Assembly: GCA_036172245.1 (NCBI GenBank)
Contig: JAYWIR010000012.1
Coordinates: forward strand, 62,001 to 126,000
DNA: 64,000 bases
Source: Raillietiella orientalis
Taxonomy: Eukaryota
Direction of reading: 5' to 3'
Part shown: in pieces, positions 23,543 to 37,223 of the stretch
Position numbering within the stretch: the first letter of the stretch is position 1
Layout of the letters: every line of letters starts with the position of its first letter
The notes under the pieces: model-generated
Database searches by the model: none
What the model saw: only the letters and a program-made list of their open reading frames with translations
Told to the model about the DNA's origin: nothing
Program-made: the position numbers and the translations under genes

Positions 23543-24587
23543 TCCTTTGGAAAGGTCGGGTGAATGAAAAACACGGCATCCTGACATGGATTTCTCTGTA
23601 GTATGTCAGTTCTTATGACAAGTGCTTGTTGGATCCCATTCGCGAGTATGAAACGAATGTACATTTGTGCGAGTGCGCACTGGTGTACATTTGCGGGCGC
23701 TCTTGGACATCGACAGACTAGGTAGGGATACAAATTGCACGTATGCGTGTGCCGCTATTATTCCATGTATGCATGCATACACACATTCTGTTCATAACCA
23801 TACACACGCAGAAGAATCCGTGTACATAACCTTGTGAACCTGCTACATGCGTATGCAAAGACACAATGGCCCGTAGCGTCTCCATATGCGCCCTGGGTAC
23901 ACGGGTATCTCATCTCCTTGGAAGACGAACAGATGGACGAGCAAAAAAGACATATAGCAATCATTGTGCTACGACCAACCGTCGAACCACGCAAGCGTTT
24001 GCATTGTTTTAAGAGTGTTGACTCAAATTTGTGGATATATGTAAGTAACATAACCCATGTGGTGATAATCATTCATGTCTGCATCAGCCATGTACACTAC
24101 TAGTTAGTAATTACATTGAGAGTAATTATGCCAATACAGGATCACCAACATACGTGTTCCTCTAATATCAGTGTAATCAGAGTACGTGAGCTAATAAATA
24201 CGTATATTCAAAACGACTCTATGAACGTTGAGAAGGCACATACATGTATTTTTTAGCATCCTTAGGCGCTTCCAATCTCACGACATCTTCCCCCGTCAGT
24301 GCCACTCTCCTTAAAGTATGTTAATTCACCAACAATTTGAAGAGTGTACCACATCTTTGGCTGCTGTACACTGTACCGCCGATGGATACTCGCCCAACAG
24401 CAACACTCAGTTGCGAATTTTTTCTTTTGTAGTTCTCGAGTAGGAATTGCGTGTTTTTCAAAACTCCCGTTAAAGGGAAAAAAACTAAGCAATCAGGAGG
24501 CGCCTTTTCAATAACTCAGAGGGAGAACATTCCTCTTTTTTTGTATCACTTGGTATTTCACCTTCTTTGTCCATCAGAACTCGCCTC

Positions 24588-24623
24588 TATAAATACTCTG
24601 CCAACAACAACTGCGGAGTCATT
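24588..24623 (+). promoter_or_regulatory. TATA box plus initiator of the CUB gene
   Basis: TATAAA at 24588 and TCATT at 24619 (31 nt apart, matching the arthropod Inr TCAKT); ATG at 24654. Confidence 0.6.
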
Positions 24624-24653
24624 AGCCCGAACCCCATCGTGAAACACACGAAG

Positions 24654-27376
24654 ATGTCCTCCAACAACTTCTTGAAGATACTCCTTCTCTGTGCACCTCT
24701 CGCAACAGCTGCCTTTGGCTCAGGAAATGAAACGAAAACCAGCAGATCGCGTAAGTCGTAAACGAAGGAATGAACAAATGCGTTGCTGTTGTTCTTTGTG
24801 GCTGTATTGCATTCATGTGAACGGACATCCAACATGAGGATGAGTGACCGGCGTCCTCACGCATGGGCAACGAAAATTTGGTTCGCCCATGCTGTTGTGT
24901 TCAGAGGTTGTTCCATAAATAGGGAATGATTAAGTTGACTGTCGGGAACCCTGCGTAGGGTCTCCAAGATCAGCTGACTGTGCTGAGAGCCGTCTTTCCA
25001 CTTGTATGTGCGTATTCGTTATCTTCAAATAATTTGTAGACTCTTCTTTAGGGTCATAGGCATTAAAATGCTAGGAAATGTCTGCATGCTGTGGATGGAA
25101 TTACCGTGCTCACACCATTAAGCATACATTTCGCCCAACATTTTTCTTTCTGTCCGTAACAAGACTTCAAAGAATCTTCAATATCTTCCTCTTTTAGAAG
25201 GACAGTCATACGGTGTTGCGCGTTGGTTTGCGAAGACTTTGCTGTCCATCTGCCCCGTGCAGATGGATGTCACCCTTGTCAATGCACCAGCTGTATGTTT
25301 ACATCACGCAGCTTCTGTCGTTTCAGTGGGCCAATGGCTTCTCGTCAGGATACAACATACTGGCTGTCAGATCGGAGGAAACCATGGCACCTGTCTGTCC
25401 TCAAGGGAGTGTACACGGGAGAATGGCACGTCTGTAGGAGCGTGCGCTTTGGGAATAGGAGTCTGCTGCATGGGTAAAATTGGAATAATTGAAATCTTGT
25501 CGAAGAATGATGAGGGGTTCTCGCGTTTCAGTGCGATTGGGGTGCGCTGGAAGAACAAACTCGAACAACACCAGTTTCATGCCATCGGGCAATATACTCA
25601 TGGCTGGTGGTCAGTGCCAACTAACGGTAACTCGTCAAATACCCTCTGTTAGTCAGCTTCGGTAAGTTTTCTTCTAGCTTCTTCCGTGATAGAGAATATG
25701 TAGAAACAAAAACGAGTGACGCAATCCGTCTTTTTGTGAAGAGCGCATCGTACAGGGCGGTTCTGTATAAGTTAGTAGCCATGGGAAGTAGGTTGCGTGT
25801 GGAACCGCAATTTCGCAAGAGACATCCCAGTCGTGCACTCGATTCCGTTGTCAAAGAATTTCACTCCTCCTTTTCGAGAGTCACCAAACTGCGTTTCTCT
25901 ATTTTCCGCCCGCAAACCGAAATGAGGAAAGCGTTCCCTTCTGGAATGAAAGTTCACGCGAAAGTCTGAAGAGAAGGAACCTGGTTGCGTGGAATGCAGA
26001 GCTTGTTTTTCATGGAGCCTTTTTTTTTTTTCAGAATCAATATGGTGCCCCTGAACATTATGCCTCCAACTATGGCAACTGCATTATGTGATATGGATAT
26101 GTTCACAATCACGGTGGCTGGATCGCCAAGCGCGATTTTGTCACCGATTTGCGGAGTCAATAATAACAACCACGGTGAGCATCCCTCGGCTATATCGGTT
26201 GTGGATATCCCAATACACTTACGGTTTTGACACTTTCGAGAGGGAGTGTCGAATACGACCGAGATCGCTGGGATTATTTGCTTCCATCTTTGGATCCTTT
26301 TTTCCATCAAGCTGGATTACCAGTTGGAAGAGATCCAAGCAGTTCGTTCTCCTCGACATTTGCATGAAGCGTGCTCCTCCAGATGCAGCATCTGCTTTCT
26401 CACCTGGAAGTGACTTCGGCATGCAAGCTCATGTTTCGCCGAAGTCGCGTCTCTTTCTGACCATTGCGCTTCTTGAGTTTCGGGATCTCTACTTGCGAGT
26501 GAGCGGTCTTTGAAGAGATGTTTCCTTTTTAGTATACGTTGAGTTCCCTCAAACGGGTGGCGACATCATGCTAAGTTTCACACTTGTCGCACCTCCTGCT
26601 ATGGCTGCTCCACGCACGTGGACGCTGGTCTTGATGCAGATTCCAACTGGGGACTACGCAGGTAAGAGAACAGTTAGATTTCTCATAAGAGTCCATTCCA
26701 CACCTGGCAACCCACCTATATTTGGGTGAGTTCGCCTTGTGGATGAGTGCACGGGTTAGTTGCAGCAATTCACCACACGTTTATACTTGTCCTTTGCGAA
26801 CTCGTATACCATTCGACACTCGTCGAAATCGTGTGTTTAATTTGGTTTCTAGCTCCCAGTGGATGCCTGCAGTTCTTCACGGGACTCACTGGAACTTTGA
26901 CATCTTTTGCGTGGACGGGCGCTGCTGGTTCTGTTCTTGTGAATAATCTGGATTACCAAATATGCATTCGACAGGAAATGGGACGCAGAGTGCTGTGCTT
27001 GATCCCTACCCTTCTGCTTGCGAACACGGGATTTTCAATAGACTCTGCTGTAATGACTTCCTTGTCGAACGGCGCTGCAGCGATGTGCATGGCTGACTTT
27101 TTCCAAATCACTTGCGGAGCCACTATGGCGAACGCAATGCTTTCAACCGCTCCCTGCACCCAGAATCGCTTTTGTGGCGCCGTTCTCAGTCCAGTGAGCG
27201 GAGCGATGCCACCTTCCATGCCAGTTTGCAGTGAGTTCCAATGTCCTTCCACGGCTTCCTTCCTCATATGCTTTCCAGCGCGTGTCCTGCCGTTCATGCT
27301 GCGAATTCGTACGAACAACGTTATTACCACCGCGGCCACGAACCGTGGATTCAACTTGAACTTCTCGCAGTTATGA
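24654..27376 (+). CDS. Secreted arthropod-type CUB-domain protein (multi-exon)
   Basis: Signal-peptide exon 24654-24750; exons ~25198-25473 (possibly split by a small intron), 25532-25661, 26035-26174, 26533-26661, 26853-27230 and 27279-27376, with GT-AG sites and compatible phases. Motifs GTC...EC...G.CA.G.GVCC, ICG, APSGCLQFFTG, YQICIRQE, RFCG, GFNLNFSQ. Confidence 0.88.
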
Positions 27377-30300
27377 ACTGAAATCTGCACACTTCCAGCT
27401 CTCTCGAAAAATTTTTAGTTACCCATTTTTCCCCAGGACTGCAGTGTGTTTAAAGTTGAGGAGAACATCTCCTTTGGTCTGCTCTACTCTCGTCGGTTAC
27501 CCGACTGCGTACTCTTTTCTTCCTTCGAAACCCTGAAAATCGCATTCGAGGTTTCTTCAGGAACCTCATTCACCTGGAAGGTACGCTTGCCAAGTCTTCT
27601 TTATGAGCGAGCATGACCACTTCCCCATGCGTCCTCTCTCTCCGACATACGTTCCTCCTCCTACCGAAGATTTCCCAGTGTTGGACGAGGTTCTGGGGCG
27701 CAGCAACCGTGCAACACTTTTGCGGTTTCCCCCCTAACAGAAAGGGTGGATGAAGAACAAATCCGAGGTTTACCTGCAGAGTTCGTGTTGAATTCCTTGA
27801 CGTTCTCTCCAAAATATATTCCCTTCCACTCCGATTTGACGAAATTGCAAAGAGTTTTTCCCTTCTAATTGAGCATTCATGTGTTCAAATTTTGTTTTGC
27901 TGCATCCTCTCCATCCCAGCAACGGCTCAATCAATTTTAAAAGCTGACGGGGTATAAGCCGACCGGTACCGGTTGGTTATTCCGAGATAACTGCTGAAAT
28001 TAGTGACGCCAGCGGGTTCGACGGGGAAGCGGGAGAGAAATCTTTACGTAGCAGAGGAAATACCTTTCTTCAGTCACTTCCATCAGGCACCTAGGTACCA
28101 CCTCGGGCGCCTCCACGCATAAGTTAACGCGACCGCACCGTCACCGGCACAACGGTTCGTGGAAGGTGTCCGACAAAAACGATGCCGACGGTCCGTCCTG
28201 TCTGATCGTTGGTTCTTCTATGCTACCAAACCTCCCATCACCATTGACCCTTTTTGTATGTATGTCAGCTGCAGCTGAATGCGCAGTGTCGTTTGCACGA
28301 AACGCATGTTGCCAGTCATCGTCTAAGACCGTGTGGAATCCCAAGGCGCCGCTTCTTTGAATCCCATACGGGGAAGGGTCAACGCAAACACGAATGTTTC
28401 GTCGTTGAGGTTTTGCATTCGGGTAAAAGCACCGAATAGGCTGGACGACCCACTCGGAGGTGGCACCGAAACAAAACATGTGTACCTGATTGATTGTCCG
28501 GGGTTACTCAGGGAATCAAATTCCACAAATCAAGAAATTGGGTTCATCACCAAATGCAGAAATAAACTACTGCGGCCGATGGGCACGAAACCCACTAACG
28601 CATGCTATGGCGCTGGTTGATACCCGAACTACAGACTTGCGTCTCCGTCGGTTGAAGGTGAACGCTGCTTGTTGAGAGAACCTCCGTATTGAAGGGAACA
28701 AGAAGCGGTTCCTTTCAAACTTCATTCCGGAAAAGAAATAGAATGTTTCTACCCCTGGAGTTTCCATTACGACAAGATAACGAAATAGATTCCTTTCAGA
28801 AATCTTTCCAAACAACTGAGCGAAACGGACACTCATTAGTGGTGCCCGTTCTCTAATCAGGAAGTGGCTCTTCCACGAGAACCCCCTATCTTTAACATTT
28901 TCCCACACCAAGCAAAAAGGTCGTTAACCGCATAATGGTGCTCCGTGAGCCGTCAGGCGGATGCCGCTTTTCCAGGTTTTTGGCGAACTAAAAAAAGGAA
29001 AACTGGAAACAGAAAAAGAAGTCGTAAAAACAGAACCGAAGACAAAAATCAACCAAAGCTTCATCCTTCTTCTATGGACTTTTTTTTGGGTTTCCACGGG
29101 ATCAACAGCCAGCAACGCAACTATGAAATGAAGGGTCCTCCACTTTAGAATAGTCTTTCTATAAAAGGGCAGCACACGCCGATGGGTGCCTTGAGTACAG
29201 ACTTCAACAAAAGGCGATTTTCTCGGACGACATTTTACATGTACGAAACGCAGGATCCACTCAAATCACGGCACTGGGGTTTCCGGGACAACCGCGGAGA
29301 CCTGTTGGACTGACCGCGGAGACCTCCAGGAACATTGGCGCAGACTGGCCTCTGAGCTCCTGGATCCTAAGGATACGTCCATTGGTTCACCGAGGCGACT
29401 CTATGCCAAAAAAGGATTCACTACAATCACCGTGACCTCGACGGCATGTTTGTATCATGCTCAGTCTGCCATCCTCCGGAGATTGGGGCGCAGCGAAGGG
29501 AGGGTATCTGCATGGTAGCCTTCTTCATGAGAGGCTGCCAGATGGCATCACCTGAAAGAAGGAAACAGGAAGGACATCACCGGCATCTCACGCTGGTTCC
29601 AGAAAGCAGGAACGGCCATCACCTGTAATAACTGTCTTCATCCCTCCCTTTCTTTATACATTTATTTATTCTATATTCCTCTCCCACTCGATTCGGAATT
29701 TCCCCGGTTTCTCTAGAAGCAAAGAGACAAACCAAAAACCCTCTTCCCTTCCCCCTACGTTTGTTTATTTATTTGTTGTCCCCTTTCTACCGTTGGTGAC
29801 TTTTCCTAATCTCGACCTGCCTTTTTTGCTTTTTGGTTTTGTCTCGGGAACCTCCCTGTCACTTAACTCCTTGGTTTATTTATTTCTATGTTATATTGAT
29901 GTATTCAAAATGAACATCGCTACGTCACCGGGTGAAAATTTGGAATTCTTGAGGGATTGGGCTCACTTCCTATGATGTCCTCTTGGATGTGTACCGAAAC
30001 AGTACGCATGTCGCAGTCTCTTACAGCTCGGCTGGCATTACAGATTTTGTCAGTTCGTGTTGACGAGCTCATCACAGCTGCAAGATGCTTGGAACTCAAC
30101 CAATAGAAATTCCTTGTCAAGTGCAACACACGCAGCGTTCAAACAGATAGACACACCGGTGTGTCCGATCTTCTCCGAACTTGTGTTTCTTTGTTTATTT
30201 CCGCTTTTGTTTGTGTTGTTTTTACACAGCAAACGAGGAAACCATTAATATCATCTTGAAGACGATGATGGAGAGAGAACTGTCCTTCTCTATCTCCCTT

Positions 30301-31357
30301 TCTTCCCCGAGGGGGCACTCCAGCTCTGCATCCTTCCTAGAGGATGCAGAAGTCCAAAATGACGGCGAAGGATGGCAGCCATGTTGTTTCAGAAAGTCTC
30401 ACTCGACCGGCAGCCCCGCGTTAAATCACAAGCGAATAGAAACTGCGGATTTAAGCGTATGGGGACGGTCCCCTCCCATTTCCGCCAGTTGTTCGCCCCA
30501 TGTACCCCACAAGATCACGAGAGAAATTTGCAGTACGGCGAAACATCTGAAGATCCACGCGTCACCCACACGCCCGCTGGCGCTTGTTTTCGCCGCTTTT
30601 GGGATTCATTGTGTTGTGGACGCCGGCCTCGCGCTCAGTATCAGGGGTCACCCCACAGGATGGACACGCTTGCGCCACTCGTCAAGAACCTGGAGCAAGT
30701 CTTGAATTGCGTACAGGAAGGCAGGGCTGCGAGGGCGTTCCTTAATTCTGGGTTAGAATGGAAACCGAAACACTGTTGAACCAGCAGATATCACATGAGA
30801 TGACGGCTCCGAAAACCGAGTGCGGAGCAAAAGTTCTTTGGAAGGGAAAGGAGGAATGGGAACTGCATGGATCTAAGAACTGGGAAACCAAAATGTGTCT
30901 TGGCATCCCAGAGGCTCCTTGTCGACGCAAGTGACTGAGTAAAGAGATTGAGAGAGGTGGTTCCTTTGGAAAGGTCGTGTGCATGAAAAACACGGCATCT
31001 TGACATGGATTTCTCCGTAGTATGTCATTTCTTATGACAAGTGCTTGTTGGATCCCATTCGCAAGTATGAAACGAATGTGCATTTGTGGGAGTGCGCATT
31101 GGTGTACATTTGTGGGCGCTCTTGGACATCGACAGACTAGATCGGGATACAAATTGCACGTATGCGTGTGCCGCTATTATTCCGTGTATGCATGCATACA
31201 CACATTCTGTTCATAACCATACACACGCAGAAGAATCCGTGTACATAATCTTGTGTACTTGCTGCATGCGTACGCAAAGACACAATGGCTCCTAGAGTCT
31301 TCATATGCTCCCTGGGAACCGGGGAACCTCATCTTCTTGGAAGACGAACAAATGGAG
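24959..31357 (+). repeat. Segmental duplication copy B (contains the empty LINE sites)
   Basis: See copy A. Confidence 0.95.
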
Positions 31358-33350
31358 GTAATAGAAATTTGGGAAGAGTAAACATTAAGAAGCTGTGCTT
31401 AATTCCACTAGTACTAGGAGGCACGGTCAGCTGGTCAGTGAATGAGTCGCTGAAGCCGGTAGAAAATGCTAGAACATACTTGGTAGACAGAATTGACAAG
31501 CGATCAAAACCCCGAATGCCGAAACAAGAAATCGTAAAAATAAAAGCAACTGTTTGTGATGTGCATCAATATGCATTCGTATATATGTAAGAAATGCTTA
31601 TCCAATCAACACGATAATATGGAATTATAAAAAAAATAATAATCGTGACAATTAAAAATAGTGAAAATCAATGAAAAGGCAAACAAATAAAAAAACAAAA
31701 TTCCCCATATCAGAACGTGTGTGTTCACCAATATTTACAAAATATGTATGTTAAAATGGATTTTTATATCAACCTATATGTAAATATGCATTTTAGTACA
31801 CATACTGAACACATGTGTTCACACTTTCTAATTTTTATAGTACATGTTCATCCAGATATATATATAACAAAATGTGTATTTATTCTTTATAAACTTTCTA
31901 ATACATAAGTGGATGCATTAATAATCTTCAGAATATTTATTAGGCTATATGGAATTGCATATATTTACATAAATACTAATCATGTTTATGTACTTCATAT
32001 GGTCTTTCGCGGAGGCGACATTCTGGATTTTGATCCTTCTCGGGTTTTGAACCGAACCCTATCGACGCGATTGCAAGTGGACGGAACCCTTCGGATGTTC
32101 CACGTAACCGCTGTTAAGCCCTAAGGGTGTTTCAATAGGAGTGCCCCTTGGAGAGGGAGGGCACCACTCCAAGGTGCAGGCGAGGCTCTGCGCCAACGAC
32201 ACTGGCGTTTCGCATCTCCTGAAATGGCCAGGACGCCTGTGGGAACGGGCGCAGAACTTGGCATCTCGCTTTGCACACCGACCAAGGAAGGTGTGAACTC
32301 TGGCCCCTGGCCAGCGGGATGCCAAGCGAACGCGAAACATGAAAAGTAGCGCATTACTATTTCGAGCTCCTCCTTGCTGAATATGTACACGAGCGAGAAC
32401 CTCAGCCCGACCAGGAAGAGGAGCAACAAGGGCAGCGCGAGTGCCAGAATGGTGGTGCACTTGGCGATCCACAACAGCGCGAAGCCTGCCAGCTGAATGA
32501 AGGTGTACAGGTGCATCCTCCAGGTTTTTATCTGGAGCAAGGGAACAGTGAGCGGGAGCGGCCGTGATGGACAGTCGTTACCTTCTGCACGTATTGAACA
32601 TTGGGATGGTGCTCCATGGGGATGAGCAAAAGTTTCAGGCGATCGTACAATTGAGTTCCCTGCATGTTGATCACACCAAGGTAGAGGAAGATCCCAAACA
32701 CCACGGAAGTAGGGATCCTTTTCAGGATGGGACTCATGAGCACAGATATTCCCAAGAGAACGCTGATGAGGAAGCTGCTGACTCTCTGCTCTGGTGAAAG
32801 CGAAAACATGGAGCTCAGTTTTTAAGAAGCTGAAGGTTTTCTGCAGTTTATTTAGCATTTAGTAACATACATTACTTTCACATATATAGTAGTATATATA
32901 TGTAGTAGTTCCTCGGTACTCGTCGGTAATTGGTTTCGAAAATCCAATAACCCCATCGCGCGTCCACGCAAGCCACACGGACGAGCACGCGAGCCACAAG
33001 CAAAACCTTGCGAGCAAGAAACATCAAAAAGAGGGGAAAAATTCAAAAAATTGATGGATGAATGATAACGATTTTTTTTGTCACCCCCCCTTCCCTCCCA
33101 GTGGCGCGAACCTCCCCATATTTCCATGAGTCTGTAGGAATCTCTGCCCGTTCGGGCATTAAACCGAGTTCTTCTGAGAGAGGCACTGCTCTTTCGCAGA
33201 GTTGAGACAGCGGGAATTGAGAGTGCAATACCTCTCGCCCAACGCCCTTTCTTTTGTTTTTTGCTGATACGACAGAAAGCAATGTATTAAATTCAGGATT
33301 GCATAATGATTCGGTTTTTCTGATTTATTCGGTTGTGCATTGATGATTGC

Positions 33351-34290
33351 GGCCCGCTCTGGTGACCCCGCGGTGGCGGTCTCCTTGAGCGGCCCCGAGC
33401 GTACCCGCATCGAATTCCGCACGCGGAAGGATGGCCGCCGTGAACCGGGAAGATGCGTTCGATTCCCTATTACATGATGACGCCGGTTGGCCCTTCTTGG
33501 CGTCAAATCGGCCACTGTTGGAATCCGGGTGACCCCGTGGACTGGCCGGGATCGGAAGTCCACAGTGCGGAATCCTTCCAGCAATCAAAGAGATGGATTC
33601 CCTCCGGTGGTAAAAAAAAAAATGGGGCTGTTGCATGAAGCTGGCGGATTCCCCCTTCGGGAGATCGCCTCTCCAGAGTGTCTAGAAGCTCGATGTCCCT
33701 TCAAGGAGCACCGTTCGGAGAAATCGAGAAGCGTCTTTTTGGGTTCTCTTCGGAGGAAGAGGAACAAGGAACGCTTCCCTGGGAGGAGGTGCCACCGGGG
33801 GAAAAATAGAAGGAGAGGAATGGATTCTCGATACCCTGAGCATCACGCACGTATTTCCCCTTTATAATACCGCCTGCATCGACCGGGAAAGTTCTCTTTG
33901 TCTCCATAGAGAAACGACCCAACTGGAAGCCAGTCGAATTCTTTTTCTTGCTTTCTTTTTAGTTTTTCTCCTGGTCGCCTTCAGAGAAGAGACGAGGAAT
34001 CACCCACTCCCGAGTTCCCTCCGGAGACAACCAGGGTGGAGGGTTCCATCTCAAGCGTAAAAGGAATGGACTCTGCTTCCTGCGGTGCCTTCCTAAATTC
34101 ATACGGTGGTCATAACGGGATACCCCCTAACTTGGAGAGTCACGTACCCTCGGGAGGTGTGGACAGTCTTTAAAGAGCTTTGCAAGCCCGTCGTAAAGAG
34201 GAGAACGGTTCTTCAGCACTCTTTGGGTAGCAAAAAAGGAAAAAACAAAAAGCTGGAATGCAGGCAGCGACAACAAGAGAACCGAAAAGG
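33351..34290 (+). repeat. tRNA-headed dispersed repeat (long SINE-like), homologous to the LINE 5' region
   Basis: Head GGCCCGCTCTGGTGACC..GCATCGAATTCCGCACGCGG; body TCCAGCAATCAAAGAGATGG shared with 36630(-); CGGAGACAACCAGG shared with 16656. Confidence 0.65.
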
Positions 34291-36289
34291 ATTTACATCA
34301 TTTCTTCTAAGTGGTAGGATTTGTCACGTAGTTGCGTAATGAAAGACATACGATTTTTTCTCCCCCCAAAAAAAGAAATATATGGGTGTATGGCAATTAA
34401 TTCCGATTTGTAAAGGAAAATCTGTCTTGGTAGTTGCCTGAAAACTTTGCTAATTGGGTGCCAGGAGTCGCGGTTGAACGGAAGACTTGAATTCGCGTTA
34501 TTCCAGGATTCATACCAGGATTAATTTTTGATAAAATTCTAATTCATTTTTTAAAGATAGAATCAGGCATTCCAGTATCGGTAACGGATAGAAAACAGAT
34601 AGGAAGCGGTCTTGTGTGATTACATGAGTTATTAAAAGAGTTGGCTTTTCAAATTATCGTTTACTAAGGACTTTAGTTAATGGCAATCCGCTAAGGAGTA
34701 ATCTCTTCCGTGCTCGAGTGAAAAAACTATATGCCAGGAGCATATGTGCGCCCACCGTCCACTCCCGCGATTGCCGCCGAACCCACGCGTGCGTCCGCAG
34801 CATTCATTGTGTCAATAAATTTTCTTGGCCATGAGGAATTCAGAGTTTTAAACGGAACACTGGGTGCAAACGAGAAAGACTGAACGACGGTACACTAAAT
34901 TTGGATATGCGAATGTAATTCATATCGGAGTGGGTTTCGATTACTACAAATAATTGCCTTTGGTCATGCACCGCCATCTCAACGTGCCACCCACCCTCAA
35001 CCACCTGCGACTTCTCGGTGATTTGCAAGTGTTTGAAGATAAACATCGTAGGTGTTTTTGTGGTTATGGGAAACGATGAGGGAAATGGAATAAAAGAACG
35101 TTGAAAATGCGTGAATGCCTAATCCGAGCAATTTCTTGAGGTGATGACGGATCTGTGCTCACGGAGATGAGGGTATAAGCAACACGCGTGGCACAACGTG
35201 TTATTCAGGTACGCAAAGACAAAGAAGGCAAAAAGAATTCTTTTTCCTTTCTGTAATGATTGTGGAAAAGGATCCAACCGTTCCTTTAGAGAGGCGGACT
35301 ATACAAAAACAGAAAAGGTGTCTGAAACCAGCTGATGGCATGGTCGCCGAATTCTCCAGGAATGCAGCGTACAAGGATCTCCTTCTGCGGACGATATGAG
35401 CGGCATTCTGCCCCATATTTGTTTCCCAAACCACGCTCTTCCCTGTGTCTTTTGCCATCAACTTCTCCATGAGCGCTGAATTAGAAACTTGAATCTCCTG
35501 CCACCTCCGAAACTGGGATGCCTGGATTCAGCACAGCAGTCCTGGGTAGCCACTTTGGAATTGCGCCCGGAAGAATCTTCAAGGCAAACTGTTGTGCGAA
35601 AGTTTTCGGGACTGAGAGCAATAGTCCTAAATACTCGTCTCGCTTCTTGACTCGACGCTGCACGTCCTCAGGGCAAACGGTGACTGCAGCCTACATGAGG
35701 AGTGGGAGTAACCCTGCAGCATAGCGGCAGTCTCGACGGCTGCACGACGAGAGCGTTTTCGGACGGCTCCACTATCGTATCCGGACCAAAGGAACCCTTC
35801 AGTGATGATCGATCTGCTCGCCGTTAACCCTCGGAGAACTCGCGGTCCCTCTCCTACGCGCACATTCCCGTGGTTCCCGTTGAAATAGAAACGGCATGTC
35901 CTGCTGCTCTTCTGCACTGCGGATTCCAGTGCACGCAATGAAGGCACTTGGTTTCCGGGCCCAGCTGCTTGAGGTGCAGGGCGAACGAATGGTGCCCGCA
36001 CCTCTTGTTGGACTGCGATGCCCTGGGAGTCCTTTGGTGGAGACTCCAGTGGGCATTCCGTCACCCGGAGTGAACTGTTGCCGATTTCCTACAGCGCTTC
36101 ACGCCAGGCGGACGTACGCCAGCCGCCGTGATCGCCTGGAGATGCTGCACTACGTGACGGAGCCCCGTCGAGGTGGAGGGGGGCCTCCAGCATTCAGCGC
36201 CAGCTGCAGGAAGAGAGAGAGTCCTTCGCCCCTATCCTCTCGTCTTGTTTCACTTTATTTCTACTTCCTCCCTCCTGCTACGACTCCTT

Positions 36290-36857
36290 TAGATAGCCGC
36301 ACGGGAGGAAATCCGGAAGGGAAACCTTCTACTCTGCTTCTCTCCAAAGGGAACCTCCTTCCTTAATCTCTCTGAATTGGTCCTCAAAGGGGAATCAGTT
36401 CTCGTTTCTTCTCCGGAGGCATCCCCGCAAAGGAATCCCTCCTTGTTTTCTACTCTGAAGAGAACCCCGATAGAAGGCTCCCAAATTTATCTGAAGAGTC
36501 GATCACCGAAAGGAGCAGCGCGCTTCTTCACACGCTGGATAGACAACCCCTCGAGTAGGAGCCTTCACCAGCTTTATGATCGGCTTTACTCTCACAAGAA
36601 GACAGGAACAACCTCGAAGGGAACCATCTCTTTGATTGCTGGATGGACTCCGGAGTTCTACTTCCGATCCCGTCCAGTCGACAGGGACACCTGGCTTCCA
36701 CCAGTGCCGCATTTGAAGCTCACCAAGGCCAACCAGCACCATCTTGCAGGGGACTCCAAACCCCCGACGCACCACTCCTCCGTTTTCGACATCCACCTTT
36801 CCCTGGCGTGATTCGAACCCGCAACCCTTGGTGCTGCAAACGGTCACCAACGCTGGC
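36290..36857 (-). repeat. tRNA-headed dispersed repeat copy
   Basis: Minus strand GCCAGCGTTGGTGACCG...GCGGGTTCGAATCACGCCAGGG, followed by the shared body. Confidence 0.7.
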
Positions 36858-36890
36858 GGAATCTTTATTTTTAATTTTGCTACTGTTGGG

Positions 36891-37223
36891 CGAATTGCTG
36901 TCCCCACTCGGCATCCTTCGTTGGCCCGTGTTGCAGGCTCGGGCATTTTCTTCCCTGGTTTTGGCTTGGTTGTTCGTTTTGTCGCGTTCCCTGATTCGTT
37001 TCTTCCGCAATCCTTTTGGACTTTTGCGCATCTGCTGCGTTCTCCGAGGTAATCTGCAGAACTGGTCGCAGAACTGGGAATTTTCGTTCGCCCTCCCTGG
37101 CAATCCACTGCTCTCCTCCTACGTGAGGTGCCCCTTCCATTTTTGCACTTGTGACCCTCTGAACTGAAATGGAGCCTAACGCTACTCGTTTTCCACGGGA
37201 TGCCGAGTTGGGACAGCGATTCG
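36891..37223. repeat. Possible MITE with 26-bp terminal inverted repeats
   Basis: CGAATTGCTGTCCCCACTCGGCATCC (36891-36916) vs the reverse complement of 37198-37223, 2 mismatches; no clear TSD. Confidence 0.4.

Larger units (their letters stand above)
12479..23937 (+). repeat. Segmental duplication copy A, carrying two extra LINE insertions and a 1.2-kb deletion
   Basis: Collinear with 24959-31357 from GGTCTCCAAGATCA to GAAGACGAACA.ATGG; several ORF translations are identical. Confidence 0.95.

Noticed and set aside
34840..36250. Protein-like short ORFs inside the SLC4 intron (also 40800-42520)
   Set aside because: No recognisable motif or consistent exon chain.
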